NCBI GenBank assembly: GCA_018335335.1
Contig: JAGXKG010000002.1
Location: 87,239-151,238 of the forward strand
DNA: 64,000 nt
Direction: 5' to 3'
Source: Candidatus Thorarchaeota archaeon
GTDB lineage: Archaea > Asgardarchaeota > Thorarchaeia > Thorarchaeales > Thorarchaeaceae
The notes beneath the pieces are model-generated. The model was given only the letters and a program-made list of their open reading frames with translations, searched no databases and was not told where the DNA came from. A program made the translations under genes and the position numbers. Every line of letters starts with the position of its first letter. Positions within the stretch are counted from its first letter, which is position 1. Shown here piece after piece: positions 1 to 9,609 of this stretch.

Positions 1-177
1 CTGGAACAGGTCATGATGGAGCTTCGATGGTCTGAAGATCACGTACGTCAGGTTTTGGGTAGTCTTGTAGAGGCTGGAATCGCGGTCGCAGATATCAAGT
101 TCAGTAGCGGAGGGAAGTACTATTTCCCTGGACTACGCTCTGACCACGAACATAATAATGGCAAAAAGGCGGGTTAG
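1..177 (+). CDS. 3' fragment of a winged-helix protein, possibly ESCRT-II Vps22/36 (EAP30)-like; continues upstream of the window
   Basis: Frame 1 reads LEQVMMELRWSEDHVRQVLGSLVEAGIAVADIKFSSGGKYYFPGL. The aromatic-F-P-hydrophobic C-terminal winged-helix ending resembles the EAP30/Vps22 C-terminus. It is convergent with Vps25 and their stop codons overlap. Confidence 0.35.
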   Translation: MEQVMMELRWSEDHVRQVLGSLVEAGIAVADIKFSSGGKYYFPGLRSDHEHNNGKKAG

Positions 178-890
178 GTCTTCAACTTGATTGTGGCGCG
201 TTCTTTGTCAACCCATTCTGCTCTTCCAGTTTGAACAACTATCTCTAGAATCTCCCTGATGACTTCCTGCGGCAAACCACCAAAATCGAATTCTTCTTGT
301 ATCACCAAACTCCTGAGGTCGAGATACCTCGTTCCTCCCTCCAGAGCCCAGTGATAGAGGTCATCTGCCACTTCAGTTTTCGATTTCCATATCAGTCGGA
401 GTTTCTTTCTTTGCTCATCTATCCACTCGGCTAATCCCTGTTGCACCATTGTTTCAGCTATCTCAGCGAATGCCTCTCTTTTGTTACGCATTTCACAAAA
501 CGGCGGTTCTCTCATGAATGTCGAGAACGAGAAGACATGCTGTTTGTTATGATACGCCCATTCTATCAAAAAATCATGCCATTCTCCGGCCCATTTTCTA
601 ATTCTCTCTTCGGTTGCAGGCACAAAATACATCCAAGGAGCGTGATCAGAGCTTCCCCATTCAGGCATGAATGTATTCGGGATTCGAATCTGTTGGATAT
701 CCTGAGTTTTCTGTTCTTCGCGAAATCTCAGTCTTTCAGCTTCTCTTTGTTGTTTCTTGGTTTTCTTGTCTAAAACCGGTGATGTTTCAGTATTCTCTTG
801 CTTCTTTTCTTTAACAGTTGTCTTTTCAGCCTCTTCTTCTTCTTCTCTTACTTTCTCTCTGACAGTCACCGGCTGTAATCCTCCGCCCAT
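174..890 (-). CDS. vps25: ESCRT-II subunit Vps25-like, tandem winged helix, with an N-terminal Lys/Glu-rich extension
   Basis: GLAEWIDEQRKKLRLIWKSKTEVADDLYHWALEGG and the C-terminal QTGRAEWVDKE match the conserved Vps25 WH1/WH2 signatures (compare yeast GRAEWIDKSKSRCLIYWRTPEEWADLIYQWVEDTG). The N-terminal aromatic/Pro patch TFMPEW...PWMYFVP resembles the Vps25 PPxY region. The gene overlaps the vps4 3' end by 25 nt. Confidence 0.65.
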   Translation of the reverse strand: MGGGLQPVTVREKVREEEEEAEKTTVKEKKQENTETSPVLDKKTKKQQREAERLRFREEQKTQDIQQIRIPNTFMPEWGSSDHAPWMYFVPATEERIRKWAGEWHDFLIEWAYHNKQHVFSFSTFMREPPFCEMRNKREAFAEIAETMVQQGLAEWIDEQRKKLRLIWKSKTEVADDLYHWALEGGTRYLDLRSLVIQEEFDFGGLPQEVIREILEIVVQTGRAEWVDKERATIKLKT

Positions 891-2089
891 GTGGAGTACT
901 TTTGGAGCTGATTTTGCTTTGCAGTTGGTTTGATTGTTTGGAGTGCTTCGATGAAATCTTGTTGTTTCACAGACCGGATTTTCGTTATGGTTTTCTCCTG
1001 TTCAAGCTTGCCTTGTCGTTTGAGCTCTCTTATTGGCTCCATTGAGGCTTCTCTGCAGACTACGCTGATATCTCGACCGCTGAACCCATCTGTTAATTCT
1101 GCCAATTCAGAGTATTCTACGTCTGGTGCAACTTCAATGTCTTCCATGTGAACTTGAAATATCCCTTCTCTTGCTTGTTCATCTGGAAGCGGTACCAGTA
1201 TTCTTTTCTCAAACCTTGATAGCAATGCAAAGTCGATTTCCCACGGAAGATTTGTGGCACCGATGAGTGTTACACGTTCATTAACCTCACTAGAAAGCCC
1301 CTGCAATTCAGTTAGCAACTGCGTTTTGAGCCTTCTTTCTCCGCCCAAATCGTTTGCACTTCGTGATACACCAATGGAATCTAGTTCGTCGAGAAAGATG
1401 ACAGAAGGTTGATTCTCTCTGGCCATTTCGAAGAGTGTCATTACTAGGCGTTCTGATTCCCCTAGCCACTTGCTTACCATGTTTCCTGCAGAGACATTGA
1501 AGAAAGTGGCCTCGGCTTCTGTCGCTACCGCCTTGGCTATCAGAGTCTTACCACATCCCGCAGGTCCATAGAGTAGAATCCCCTTCCAAGGTTGTCTTGC
1601 TCTCCCTTTGAATAGCTCCGGATGCTTTATTGGCGTAACTACTGCATCATGAACTGCGTTTTTCACTTCGTCGAGACCCGCGACATCCGACATTCTCACG
1701 TTGGGCTTTCTGGTTGTTATAGTTCTCTTTATCATATCCCGAAGCTTTGCCCTTTCTTCATTGATTTCTGTGGAGGCGGTTGTTGGTTTCTTTTTACTTT
1801 CAAGATTGCTGTTCTTTTCTTGATATGGTATAGCTCGCATCTCTTGCTTCCCAGAAGGCTCACTAATACCTGAAATCTCTCGAACCCTTTCTACACATTC
1901 CTGAGCTCGCTCGTAGTAATGCTTACGAATACTGGGAAGAGAAGCTGCTTTCGCAAGCTTGAGAAGGATTTTGCTACCGCTCAGGTAATATTCACTTGCC
2001 TCCTTGACCATGCCTTTGGCATCTAGATCTACCGCAGTCTCAAGTAATTCCTTGAGTTTCTCGTCTATATTGCTTACAGCACTTGGCAT
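866..2089 (-). CDS. vps4: Vps4/CdvC AAA+ ATPase with an N-terminal MIT domain
   Basis: N-terminal three-helix MIT-like region (EASEYYLSGSKILLKLAKA...YYERAQECVERVREI). Walker A GPAGCGKT, Walker B IFLDELD, second region of homology, and a Vps4-type C-terminus. Confidence 0.9.
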   Translation of the reverse strand: MPSAVSNIDEKLKELLETAVDLDAKGMVKEASEYYLSGSKILLKLAKAASLPSIRKHYYERAQECVERVREISGISEPSGKQEMRAIPYQEKNSNLESKKKPTTASTEINEERAKLRDMIKRTITTRKPNVRMSDVAGLDEVKNAVHDAVVTPIKHPELFKGRARQPWKGILLYGPAGCGKTLIAKAVATEAEATFFNVSAGNMVSKWLGESERLVMTLFEMARENQPSVIFLDELDSIGVSRSANDLGGERRLKTQLLTELQGLSSEVNERVTLIGATNLPWEIDFALLSRFEKRILVPLPDEQAREGIFQVHMEDIEVAPDVEYSELAELTDGFSGRDISVVCREASMEPIRELKRQGKLEQEKTITKIRSVKQQDFIEALQTIKPTAKQNQLQKYSTWAEDYSR

Positions 2090-2200
2090 ACGAACTCAAT
2101 AGGAGATTGCCTTGAACCTATTAAGAAGGTGTGTGTTTTCTTGCTGTCACCGCTGTTTGAGGTGTTACATGGTTCTAAAAATGATTAATCGAACCCTTCT

Positions 2201-2836
2201 GTGATAGACATGGTAAGAGTTCTCGATTCACTTAGGAAAGCATTATCCTGGGGCCGACATAAGCCGAACATTGCAGAAGTCAAAAGTGACCTTCGGGTGA
2301 TGGCAAAGCAGCTTGAGCGTCAGAGAAACAAACTCGAGCTGGAGGAACGAGAAACCAGAGCCAGAGCTATTAAAGCTCGGAAAGAAGGGAGAACCCCAGC
2401 TTATAAGACATACACTAAAGAAATGGTACGGTTTCGAAGGTATATTCTCTCTATTGAGAAATCCCGAATGCAAATGCTTCGCCTCCTTGCACACGTTACA
2501 AGAGCACAGACGAATGCAAAGGCCAATCATGCATTGGCTGACGTTTCGAAAGTGCTTAGCGTATTGGGAGATGCATTTGATATATCCAGCGTCATAGACC
2601 ATGCCGATGAAATCTCGAGGAGAATAGAGGAATACGAGATTGAAGCCCAAATTTCTGAAGATGCTCTTGGCGTGTCAGTAGGAGGGTCTGAAGGTTCAGA
2701 TGAATTAGCAGCGGCATTCAATGAAATAGACCATGCGGCTGGTATTGAAGGATCAAACACTGATTCGAGAGAGGCAACTGAGATCGATAGGTTGGAGAAA
2801 GATATTAGCTCACTTGAAAATGAGCTCGGTGTATGA
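2201..2836 (+). CDS. ESCRT-III (Snf7/CHMP family) protein
   Basis: 211 aa with a basic N-terminal helical hairpin, an acidic C-terminal half, and a C-terminal MIM-like EIDRLEKDISSLENEL. It is divergently transcribed from vps4. Confidence 0.8.
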   Translation: MIDMVRVLDSLRKALSWGRHKPNIAEVKSDLRVMAKQLERQRNKLELEERETRARAIKARKEGRTPAYKTYTKEMVRFRRYILSIEKSRMQMLRLLAHVTRAQTNAKANHALADVSKVLSVLGDAFDISSVIDHADEISRRIEEYEIEAQISEDALGVSVGGSEGSDELAAAFNEIDHAAGIEGSNTDSREATEIDRLEKDISSLENELGV

Positions 2837-2837
2837 T

Positions 2838-4433
2838 TCACCAACTGAAGAGGTCTCTATTTGAGTCTCTCCAATTGAATCGATGTCTATTCTCATAGGC
2901 TTGGCGCATGAGGCTCCGATATCTTCGTATAAAGTCCTCTGGAACTATCTGCCCATTTCGTAGCATTCTGATTGTTTCACGTATTTCTTCATTGAAATTC
3001 TGATGATTGTCTTCATATCTGTCACTTTCACGATTCCTTCGAGGTTCGTGATACCTATCTCGTATACTTCCAAAGGAATCGTCAGTTTGTCTTGAAGCAC
3101 CTCTAGTAATCGGGCTGGGGTTTCTGCGTTTCTGATAGTCATCACGGCTTGTATGAATGTCGGGTGAAATCTGCGTCCTTCTTGCGGGACTGTTTTCACC
3201 CTCTGTCTTCCGGTGTGTGTCTCTCCTCCCAGAAAGGAGTTGGTATACAAGCCTTTCAATCTGGAGTCTCACTTCACCGGAATTCGTTTTCTGTTGCTCT
3301 AACTTCCGTACGCGTTCCAAGTCCGTTTGTACATATTTATCGAATTGTTTCGCTATCTGAACATAGTCCGGAAGGACTTTCTCAGTTTGCTCTGAACAAT
3401 CGAGCTTTAGATCGCCCTGTTTGAGCTTCATTACCATTCGTTTCCTTATCCGTCCCTCTTCAGAGAAACCTGTATGATAGACAAGAGGAAAATCGAAAAT
3501 GACTTCCATACTCTTACGAATATGGCCAGTCTCGGCAATGAACACAAGACGCCTATTGGTGATGTATAGGGTACCACATGCTTTGTCATTTTTGAGAAAA
3601 TCACTTCCAGCTAACTTGATTTCAGGAAGCGCACACACCGGTAATTCTTTGACTGAGAGCTCTGCATTCTCGTAGAAACTGTTGAATCTTTTTCTGTAAT
3701 AGTTAAGCCCGTCTATTTGTTTCTTTACGTCATCCAATATACTCTTCACTTGGCCCAAAGCTTCGTCTACGCGATTCTTATAGCGCGATCCCAGTTCTTT
3801 GATTCTGTTACTCACTCCATCTATGAATGAGAACTGGGAGGGATTCCATTTTTCTGATGCCATCAAACCTTTGGTCTCTGCTGCTATCTGCTTTGCAACC
3901 ATTTCAGCATTGTTTCCAATCCTCCTCTTTATTGCAGGCATTTCTTCGTGAATCTGTTCGATTTTGCTTTCAAGCCACTTGTAATGAAGAAAGTTGGCCA
4001 TCCGGAGAGAGACAAGCTCTCTCTTGGTTTTGTCCAGTTCATTTCCAAATTCACGGAGTTTGGTGTGACCATATTGTAGGTTCATAACGGATTTTCGTAT
4101 TTCTCTGGAAAGTTCTCCTCGCCTTTTCTCAATAAGAATAAGTCGGGTGGAATGACAGTTGGGGCATCGCTCAATTTTTCTTAATCCCTTGTTCAGATTG
4201 TCAGAGCCACATTCTGGACACTGGCTAGGCTTTTCTTCAAAATCATTGTTATCGATAGTCTGATGGCAATTGCTACATACCATGTATTCTGCGCTATCAA
4301 TTTCAATACAATCAGCACAGATAGCTTCTGCACAATCCTTGCACATATGAGTGGCTTCTGCAGTACTACAATTCTCGCAACTATCTGACTCTGTCTGTCG
4401 ATTCAACGTTTGGCCTCCATGGTCATGTAGCAT
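2838..4433 (-). CDS. Multi-zinc-ribbon, coiled-coil, PH/GRAM-like domain protein with a disordered Arg/Asp/Ser-rich C-terminal tail
   Basis: N-terminus carries four or more CxxC pairs (CENC...CKDC, CADC, CSNC, CPEC...CPNC). A long coiled coil follows. The motif GTLYITNRRLVFIAETG is typical of PH-like GRAM/GLUE/bPH_2 domains. The C-terminal approximately 120 aa are low complexity. Confidence 0.55.
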   Translation of the reverse strand: MLHDHGGQTLNRQTESDSCENCSTAEATHMCKDCAEAICADCIEIDSAEYMVCSNCHQTIDNNDFEEKPSQCPECGSDNLNKGLRKIERCPNCHSTRLILIEKRRGELSREIRKSVMNLQYGHTKLREFGNELDKTKRELVSLRMANFLHYKWLESKIEQIHEEMPAIKRRIGNNAEMVAKQIAAETKGLMASEKWNPSQFSFIDGVSNRIKELGSRYKNRVDEALGQVKSILDDVKKQIDGLNYYRKRFNSFYENAELSVKELPVCALPEIKLAGSDFLKNDKACGTLYITNRRLVFIAETGHIRKSMEVIFDFPLVYHTGFSEEGRIRKRMVMKLKQGDLKLDCSEQTEKVLPDYVQIAKQFDKYVQTDLERVRKLEQQKTNSGEVRLQIERLVYQLLSGRRDTHRKTEGENSPARRTQISPDIHTSRDDYQKRRNPSPITRGASRQTDDSFGSIRDRYHEPRRNRESDRYEDNHQNFNEEIRETIRMLRNGQIVPEDFIRRYRSLMRQAYENRHRFNWRDSNRDLFSW

Positions 4434-4541
4434 TGTTACCGGGTGATGAATACAAGAAATACCGTTGTATCACGAGAGTAATAGCCGGTATGAGGCTACT
4501 ACGCCATAGTAGTTATAACACCGAAAAAATCAGAGCTAAGT

Positions 4542-5927
4542 ATGGAGCATTTGGCCCGCAAAGCTATAGAGGCTGCTCTCCAAGCGGGAGCTGATTTTGC
4601 AGACGCAAGAATTGAACACTCGCATCTGACGACTATTGAAATCAGCAATGGTGTTACGAAGAAATCTGCTACATCCCGACTGCGAGGAGCTGGTGTTAGA
4701 GCATTCAAGAACGGGGCTTGGGCCTTTGGCCAAGTAAATACGCTGACTCCCAAAACAATGCAGGAGCGCGGTAGAAGCGTTGCCAAGCTTGCCCTAGCCA
4801 TTGAGGAACGAGCTTCCGAGAAGTTCGAGCTGGACGCCCCGGTCTACCAGGATACGTGTAGGATGAAGGTGTCCGAGGATATCCAATATATTCCAATTGA
4901 AGAGAAAGTCGAACTTGCCAGGCGTATCGATAAACAAGCTCATGATTATGACGAACGTATCTCTAACTCAAGAGCTGTATATGGTGATTTTGCCTGTGAA
5001 CTTCACGTTGCTAATTCATTTGGCACTAGTGTTACGGTAGAAAACAGTCTACCACGAGTTATCTCCTCCGTAACAGCAAAAGGAAACGGCGATCGGCGGA
5101 CTGCTTTCAAGTCATATGGTGGTCGCGGTGGATTTGAAGAATTGGAGGACGATTTTCCACAGACCATCGGGACTGAAACCGCTAAACTAGCAGTACGAAT
5201 GCTAGATTCAAAGGCTGTTCAGGGAGGCATTTATGATGTCCTTCTCGATCCAATCCTGAACGGGGTTATGATTCACGAGGCTTTCGGCCATGCGTGTGAA
5301 GCTGATAACTGGCCAGCCCACACTACAGTATTGGAAGACAAATTGGGTGACCGCGTTGGTGCTGACAATCTGAATATAATTGATGATCCAACCTTGCCAG
5401 GAATGCGCGGATCGTTTGATTATGATTGGGAAGGAACAAAGGCAACCCGTCGTACACTCGTAAAAAAAGGTATTCTAACGGAACTCCTTCACAGTTTGGA
5501 GACTGCATCACGTCTTGGCAAGACTCCCAATGGAGCCGCGCGCTCACAGTCTTTCATGTACGCCCCACTCCCTCGAATGAGCAATACCTTCATGGAGCCT
5601 GGAGATTGGGACGTAGATGAGATGATTGAAGATACTGGTACCGGGTTACTTCTCTGTAGCTTCAACTATGGATACACTGATCCGGCAAAAGGGCAATTTA
5701 TGTTCCAAGCAAGTCATGGATTCGAGATAACAAATGGGGAGGTGGGACAAATGGTCCGTGATGTATCAATTGCAGGACAGATTCTCGATATCCTACCCCG
5801 GATTGACGCCATTGGGAAAGATTTCAAAATGGATGCTGGAACCTGTGGGAAATCGGGCCAGAAAGTTCCAGACATGAATGGCGGTCCTCATGCTCGAATA
5901 AGGAAAGTACCCGTGGGGGGAATGTAA
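4542..5927 (+). CDS. tldD: TldD-family metalloprotease
   Basis: HEAFGHACEAD metal-binding motif; typical TldD length and architecture. Confidence 0.85.
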   Translation: MEHLARKAIEAALQAGADFADARIEHSHLTTIEISNGVTKKSATSRLRGAGVRAFKNGAWAFGQVNTLTPKTMQERGRSVAKLALAIEERASEKFELDAPVYQDTCRMKVSEDIQYIPIEEKVELARRIDKQAHDYDERISNSRAVYGDFACELHVANSFGTSVTVENSLPRVISSVTAKGNGDRRTAFKSYGGRGGFEELEDDFPQTIGTETAKLAVRMLDSKAVQGGIYDVLLDPILNGVMIHEAFGHACEADNWPAHTTVLEDKLGDRVGADNLNIIDDPTLPGMRGSFDYDWEGTKATRRTLVKKGILTELLHSLETASRLGKTPNGAARSQSFMYAPLPRMSNTFMEPGDWDVDEMIEDTGTGLLLCSFNYGYTDPAKGQFMFQASHGFEITNGEVGQMVRDVSIAGQILDILPRIDAIGKDFKMDAGTCGKSGQKVPDMNGGPHARIRKVPVGGM

Positions 5928-7279
5928 TGCTGAAAGAAGACCTTTTAGATGTCGCCGAAGAAGCGGTAAAATTAGCTGAGAAAGAGGGTGCTGACCAAGC
6001 TGAGGCGTATACTGCCGCCTCTAAGTCGGTTTCTATTAAAGTAGAAAACAACTCAGTCAAAGCAGCAAGCCATGACCGCGACATGGGTTGTGGTATTCGG
6101 TCAGTGATTGGAAAGCGGGTTGGTTTCGCCTATGTAACTAATCTTGAGGCTTCTGATGTCCAAGAAATAGCTGCAGAATCCGTGGCACTCGCTTGTGCCT
6201 CATTACCCGATTCTGATTTTGAAACTCTCCCCTCTCCTGACAAGGACTATCCTACTATCAACGGTATTTTTGATTCATCCATCAAGAATCTGATGCCTGA
6301 TGATGCAGCTGGGTACATCCTTAGAGCCGTAGATGCCACATTAGATGCAACCGAATCCACGAAAACAGCGGTCGAAGCTTCTTTTACAGCAACATCACTG
6401 TCAAGAGCAATCGTCAATTCCTTGGGAATATCCGGCTTCGAGGAATCCACCGCTGCTTTTCTCTTTAGTTCTCCCACTATCAGAACCAAAAATGACCAAA
6501 ATTCCAGCTACGAGTATCAAATATCCCGGTCGTTAGATGACATAGACCCTGAATGGGTCGGTAGATCAGCAGGGAAGTTGGCATTAGAAGGATTGGGTGG
6601 AAAGACAGTTGATGAAGGACATATGCCTGTCATTTTCACACCGTTAGCAGTTGGACGGGTCATTGGATACGGTTTTGGCGGAGCAATCGATGCAGAGGAA
6701 GTACAAGATGGCCGTTCTTACATTAGTGACGACATTGGAAATCAAATTGCTTCGAAGAAACTTTCAATTGTTGATGATGCCACAATCACCGGGGGAATAA
6801 GTACCCGTCCTTTCGATGCTGAAGGTGTACCTTCTCGAAAGACTGTTGTTCTTTCTGACGGTGTACTGAAGAACCTGCTGCATAATTCATATACTGCTAA
6901 CAGAGCTGGCGTAGAGAACACTGCTAATGCTTCTAGGGACTCATACTCTGGAACACCCGCAATAGCAACGTCCAATTTCGTAATCAAGCCGGATCAAGAT
7001 ACACTCGACGATTTCATCTCAGAAATGGACCGGGCAATTGTATGTAGAAATACCGCTGACCGTCCTAATATGACAACTGGAGAGCTCAGCGCGATGATTA
7101 TGGAGGGTTTCTATGTAGAAGAGGGTGAAATCAAACACCCGCTCAAGAATACCCTTATCGGAATCAATATGCGAGATTTGCTCTCTCAGGTGATTCGCGT
7201 TGGTGATGATGTGAGAACCACTATGTCTGTTGTCTCCCCCTCAATTGTCGTAGAGAATGTCCGAGTTACCTCTGGCTAA
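5927..7279 (+). CDS. pmbA: TldE/PmbA-family metalloprotease partner
   Basis: PmbA/TldD superfamily features. Start overlaps the tldD stop, consistent with an operon. Confidence 0.8.
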   Translation: MLKEDLLDVAEEAVKLAEKEGADQAEAYTAASKSVSIKVENNSVKAASHDRDMGCGIRSVIGKRVGFAYVTNLEASDVQEIAAESVALACASLPDSDFETLPSPDKDYPTINGIFDSSIKNLMPDDAAGYILRAVDATLDATESTKTAVEASFTATSLSRAIVNSLGISGFEESTAAFLFSSPTIRTKNDQNSSYEYQISRSLDDIDPEWVGRSAGKLALEGLGGKTVDEGHMPVIFTPLAVGRVIGYGFGGAIDAEEVQDGRSYISDDIGNQIASKKLSIVDDATITGGISTRPFDAEGVPSRKTVVLSDGVLKNLLHNSYTANRAGVENTANASRDSYSGTPAIATSNFVIKPDQDTLDDFISEMDRAIVCRNTADRPNMTTGELSAMIMEGFYVEEGEIKHPLKNTLIGINMRDLLSQVIRVGDDVRTTMSVVSPSIVVENVRVTSG

Positions 7280-9187
7280 CTACATCTTATCGACTACTGG
7301 TATCCCCAGCAGCCTTAGTGCATTAGCCATTGTATTCTTGAAGGCAGAAACGAGTGCAAGCCGTGCATTCTTGGTTTTTGTGGGTGCTTGAAGCACAGGA
7401 CATGTATCGTAGAACTTGCTGAATCTATTGGCTAGATCAAAGGCGTAAGTCGCGATTATATTGGTTTGAAATGTAGTACCCCACACTTCCTTTTTCATTC
7501 CTTCTACAACTCTTAGCACTATATCTGGCAGCTTCGCTATTTTCTTGATTAAGGCTAGCTCATTAGGGGATGTAATCTTGCTGTAATCCACATCATCCGT
7601 AAGGTCTTGCTTTGCTTTCTCAAGGATTCTCTTAGCTCGTGCGTGTGAATACTGCAGATATGGTGCCGCATCTCCATTGAAATCCAAAGCATCCTCATAT
7701 CGGAAGGTTATCCTCCTGTCTGGTGAGGCCTTCAGCAAAAGATACCTTACAGCGCCGGTTCCCACCTGTGCAGCAGCTTTTCGCTTGAATTCCTCGGCTT
7801 CCTCAGGGTTTCGTTTCTCAACCTCTTCTAGCGCAAGGTTTGTTGCCTTGTCTAGGATATCATCACAGGTGTAACCAATCCATGTTCCTTTGCGTCCTGA
7901 GAAGTCAGCATCTTCTAATCCGACAAACTCGTACGCAACGTGATGCGAGTTACTAGCTTCTTTGTCATAGCCTAGAAGATGTAAAATGGTGTATATCAGT
8001 CGCTGAGGATGTGATTGTGCTGAACCGATGACATTGAAGACCAAATCCACATCCCTGATGTTCTTGTCTTCGCCCTCAAAAGATGTCCTGTAAACAGCTT
8101 CTCCGTTCGGTTGCTCTTCCAAGACTACATATTTGAATGGATCATTTACAATACCGAACTTCCACATTTGGAATGCAACGTCAGCACCCGTATATGTCCT
8201 TGTACCATCAGAACGGAAAAGAACCTTGTATGGATCTTTCATTTCTTGGAACTCTTCAATCGTGTCGAGTTTAGCGACAATACATCCTGCTTTATCGCCC
8301 TCTTCAAGCTTCATTATACTATCGCTTTTGAGCATCATTTCTTTTGCAACGTCAAGCAATCCGCTATGGGCAATGGTGCTTTCAAGTATCTTGTAATCCT
8401 TGTAAATGCCCAATCTATATGCTGTTTCATTCTGAGCTTTAACGCAGCGGAGAACCATCTCCAAACTATCCTTAGATGCTTTGGAATCTCTGTCTTCTAG
8501 CTGTTTTGAGATGACGCGTATCTCTTCCTCCACATCTGCACTTTCTTCAAATTCTTCTTGGACTTCTACATAGAGTTCACCTAGGAAATGATCGTACTTC
8601 TCCTTCGTCTCTTTTTCATCCCTCTCCTGTAATTTCCAAGTCAATTGTGCTATCTGCAGCCCTAGATCGTTAATATAGTCAAGTTGGACAACATCATAAC
8701 CTACTGCTTCTAACACCCTTCCTAGCGTATCGCCCAGAACTGCATTGCGTGCGTGCCCAATATGCCATGGTTTTGATGGATTCACAGCTGGCGATTCAAT
8801 CATGACACGCTTCCCTTCGTATTTATCAGACATACCATACTGAATGTCAGCATTCTGAACCGAATCTAGTGTCAATCTCGCGAATTCCCCGTTATCAAAG
8901 AAGAAATTAGTGTAGGGTCCTGCTGTTTCTATTCGCTCAATCACTGGGTGTTTGGCAATTTCTTCTTTCAGCTTCTTACCAAGCTTCGTGGCAAATTCTG
9001 CTGGGCTCCTTTTTTCCTTCTTGGCAAGAGTAAAAGCGACCGTTGAAGCCAAATCACCCATTTTCGGATTGGGAGGTACTTCTATGGACCCTCTGATTTC
9101 CTCTGCCTCCAAATCGGTAACGTTGACGATTATTTCAACGACTTCATCGAATGCGGATTTCCACGGGTTTACGCTCATCTCGGTCAC
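7280..9187 (-). CDS. argS: Arginine--tRNA ligase (class I)
   Basis: HIGHARNAVLGD HIGH motif, ArgRS N-terminal add-1 domain, DALR-like C-terminal anticodon-binding region. Confidence 0.9.
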   Translation of the reverse strand: MTEMSVNPWKSAFDEVVEIIVNVTDLEAEEIRGSIEVPPNPKMGDLASTVAFTLAKKEKRSPAEFATKLGKKLKEEIAKHPVIERIETAGPYTNFFFDNGEFARLTLDSVQNADIQYGMSDKYEGKRVMIESPAVNPSKPWHIGHARNAVLGDTLGRVLEAVGYDVVQLDYINDLGLQIAQLTWKLQERDEKETKEKYDHFLGELYVEVQEEFEESADVEEEIRVISKQLEDRDSKASKDSLEMVLRCVKAQNETAYRLGIYKDYKILESTIAHSGLLDVAKEMMLKSDSIMKLEEGDKAGCIVAKLDTIEEFQEMKDPYKVLFRSDGTRTYTGADVAFQMWKFGIVNDPFKYVVLEEQPNGEAVYRTSFEGEDKNIRDVDLVFNVIGSAQSHPQRLIYTILHLLGYDKEASNSHHVAYEFVGLEDADFSGRKGTWIGYTCDDILDKATNLALEEVEKRNPEEAEEFKRKAAAQVGTGAVRYLLLKASPDRRITFRYEDALDFNGDAAPYLQYSHARAKRILEKAKQDLTDDVDYSKITSPNELALIKKIAKLPDIVLRVVEGMKKEVWGTTFQTNIIATYAFDLANRFSKFYDTCPVLQAPTKTKNARLALVSAFKNTMANALRLLGIPVVDKM

Positions 9188-9609
9188 GTACTATTCTTTC
9201 TCTGTTCATCTGATAAATCAAGCGCTGCAAGTGTTTTATTGAAAACTATTGTCTCATCTGGCTGCTGCATTCATTTACATTACGAACAATTTTGATTAGA
9301 TATATTTTAATCATTCTAGATAATTTGTGGAAAGGTTTATTATGAATTACAGCTGATTTGTTTGTCGTTGGTTCCGCATACCAGTTATGTATCAAGAACG
9401 CGCTTAGATGATACATACGTTGAGATATACACCTTCAATAAACCGGCGTTTCTGGCAGCAGCCCAATATCTGCGTATTGGGTTGCTAGGGAGAGGATTGG
9501 ACTGGAGACCCCTAAAACCAATGAACTGAACCACAAAACAGATACCATCAAGTACATTTGCCCCTCCTGTAATTCAAAGGAAGTTCATATTGATCATCAA
9601 CGAGGCGAA

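Noticed and set aside
441-2650. Numerous 60-135-aa ORFs antisense to or overlapping vps25, vps4 and ESCRT-III (for example 441-773, 930-1151, 1622-1873, 2243-2650)
   Set aside because: They lie entirely within well-supported longer genes on the opposite strand or in another frame, have low-complexity, Cys/Ser-rich translations and no motifs. They are treated as spurious.
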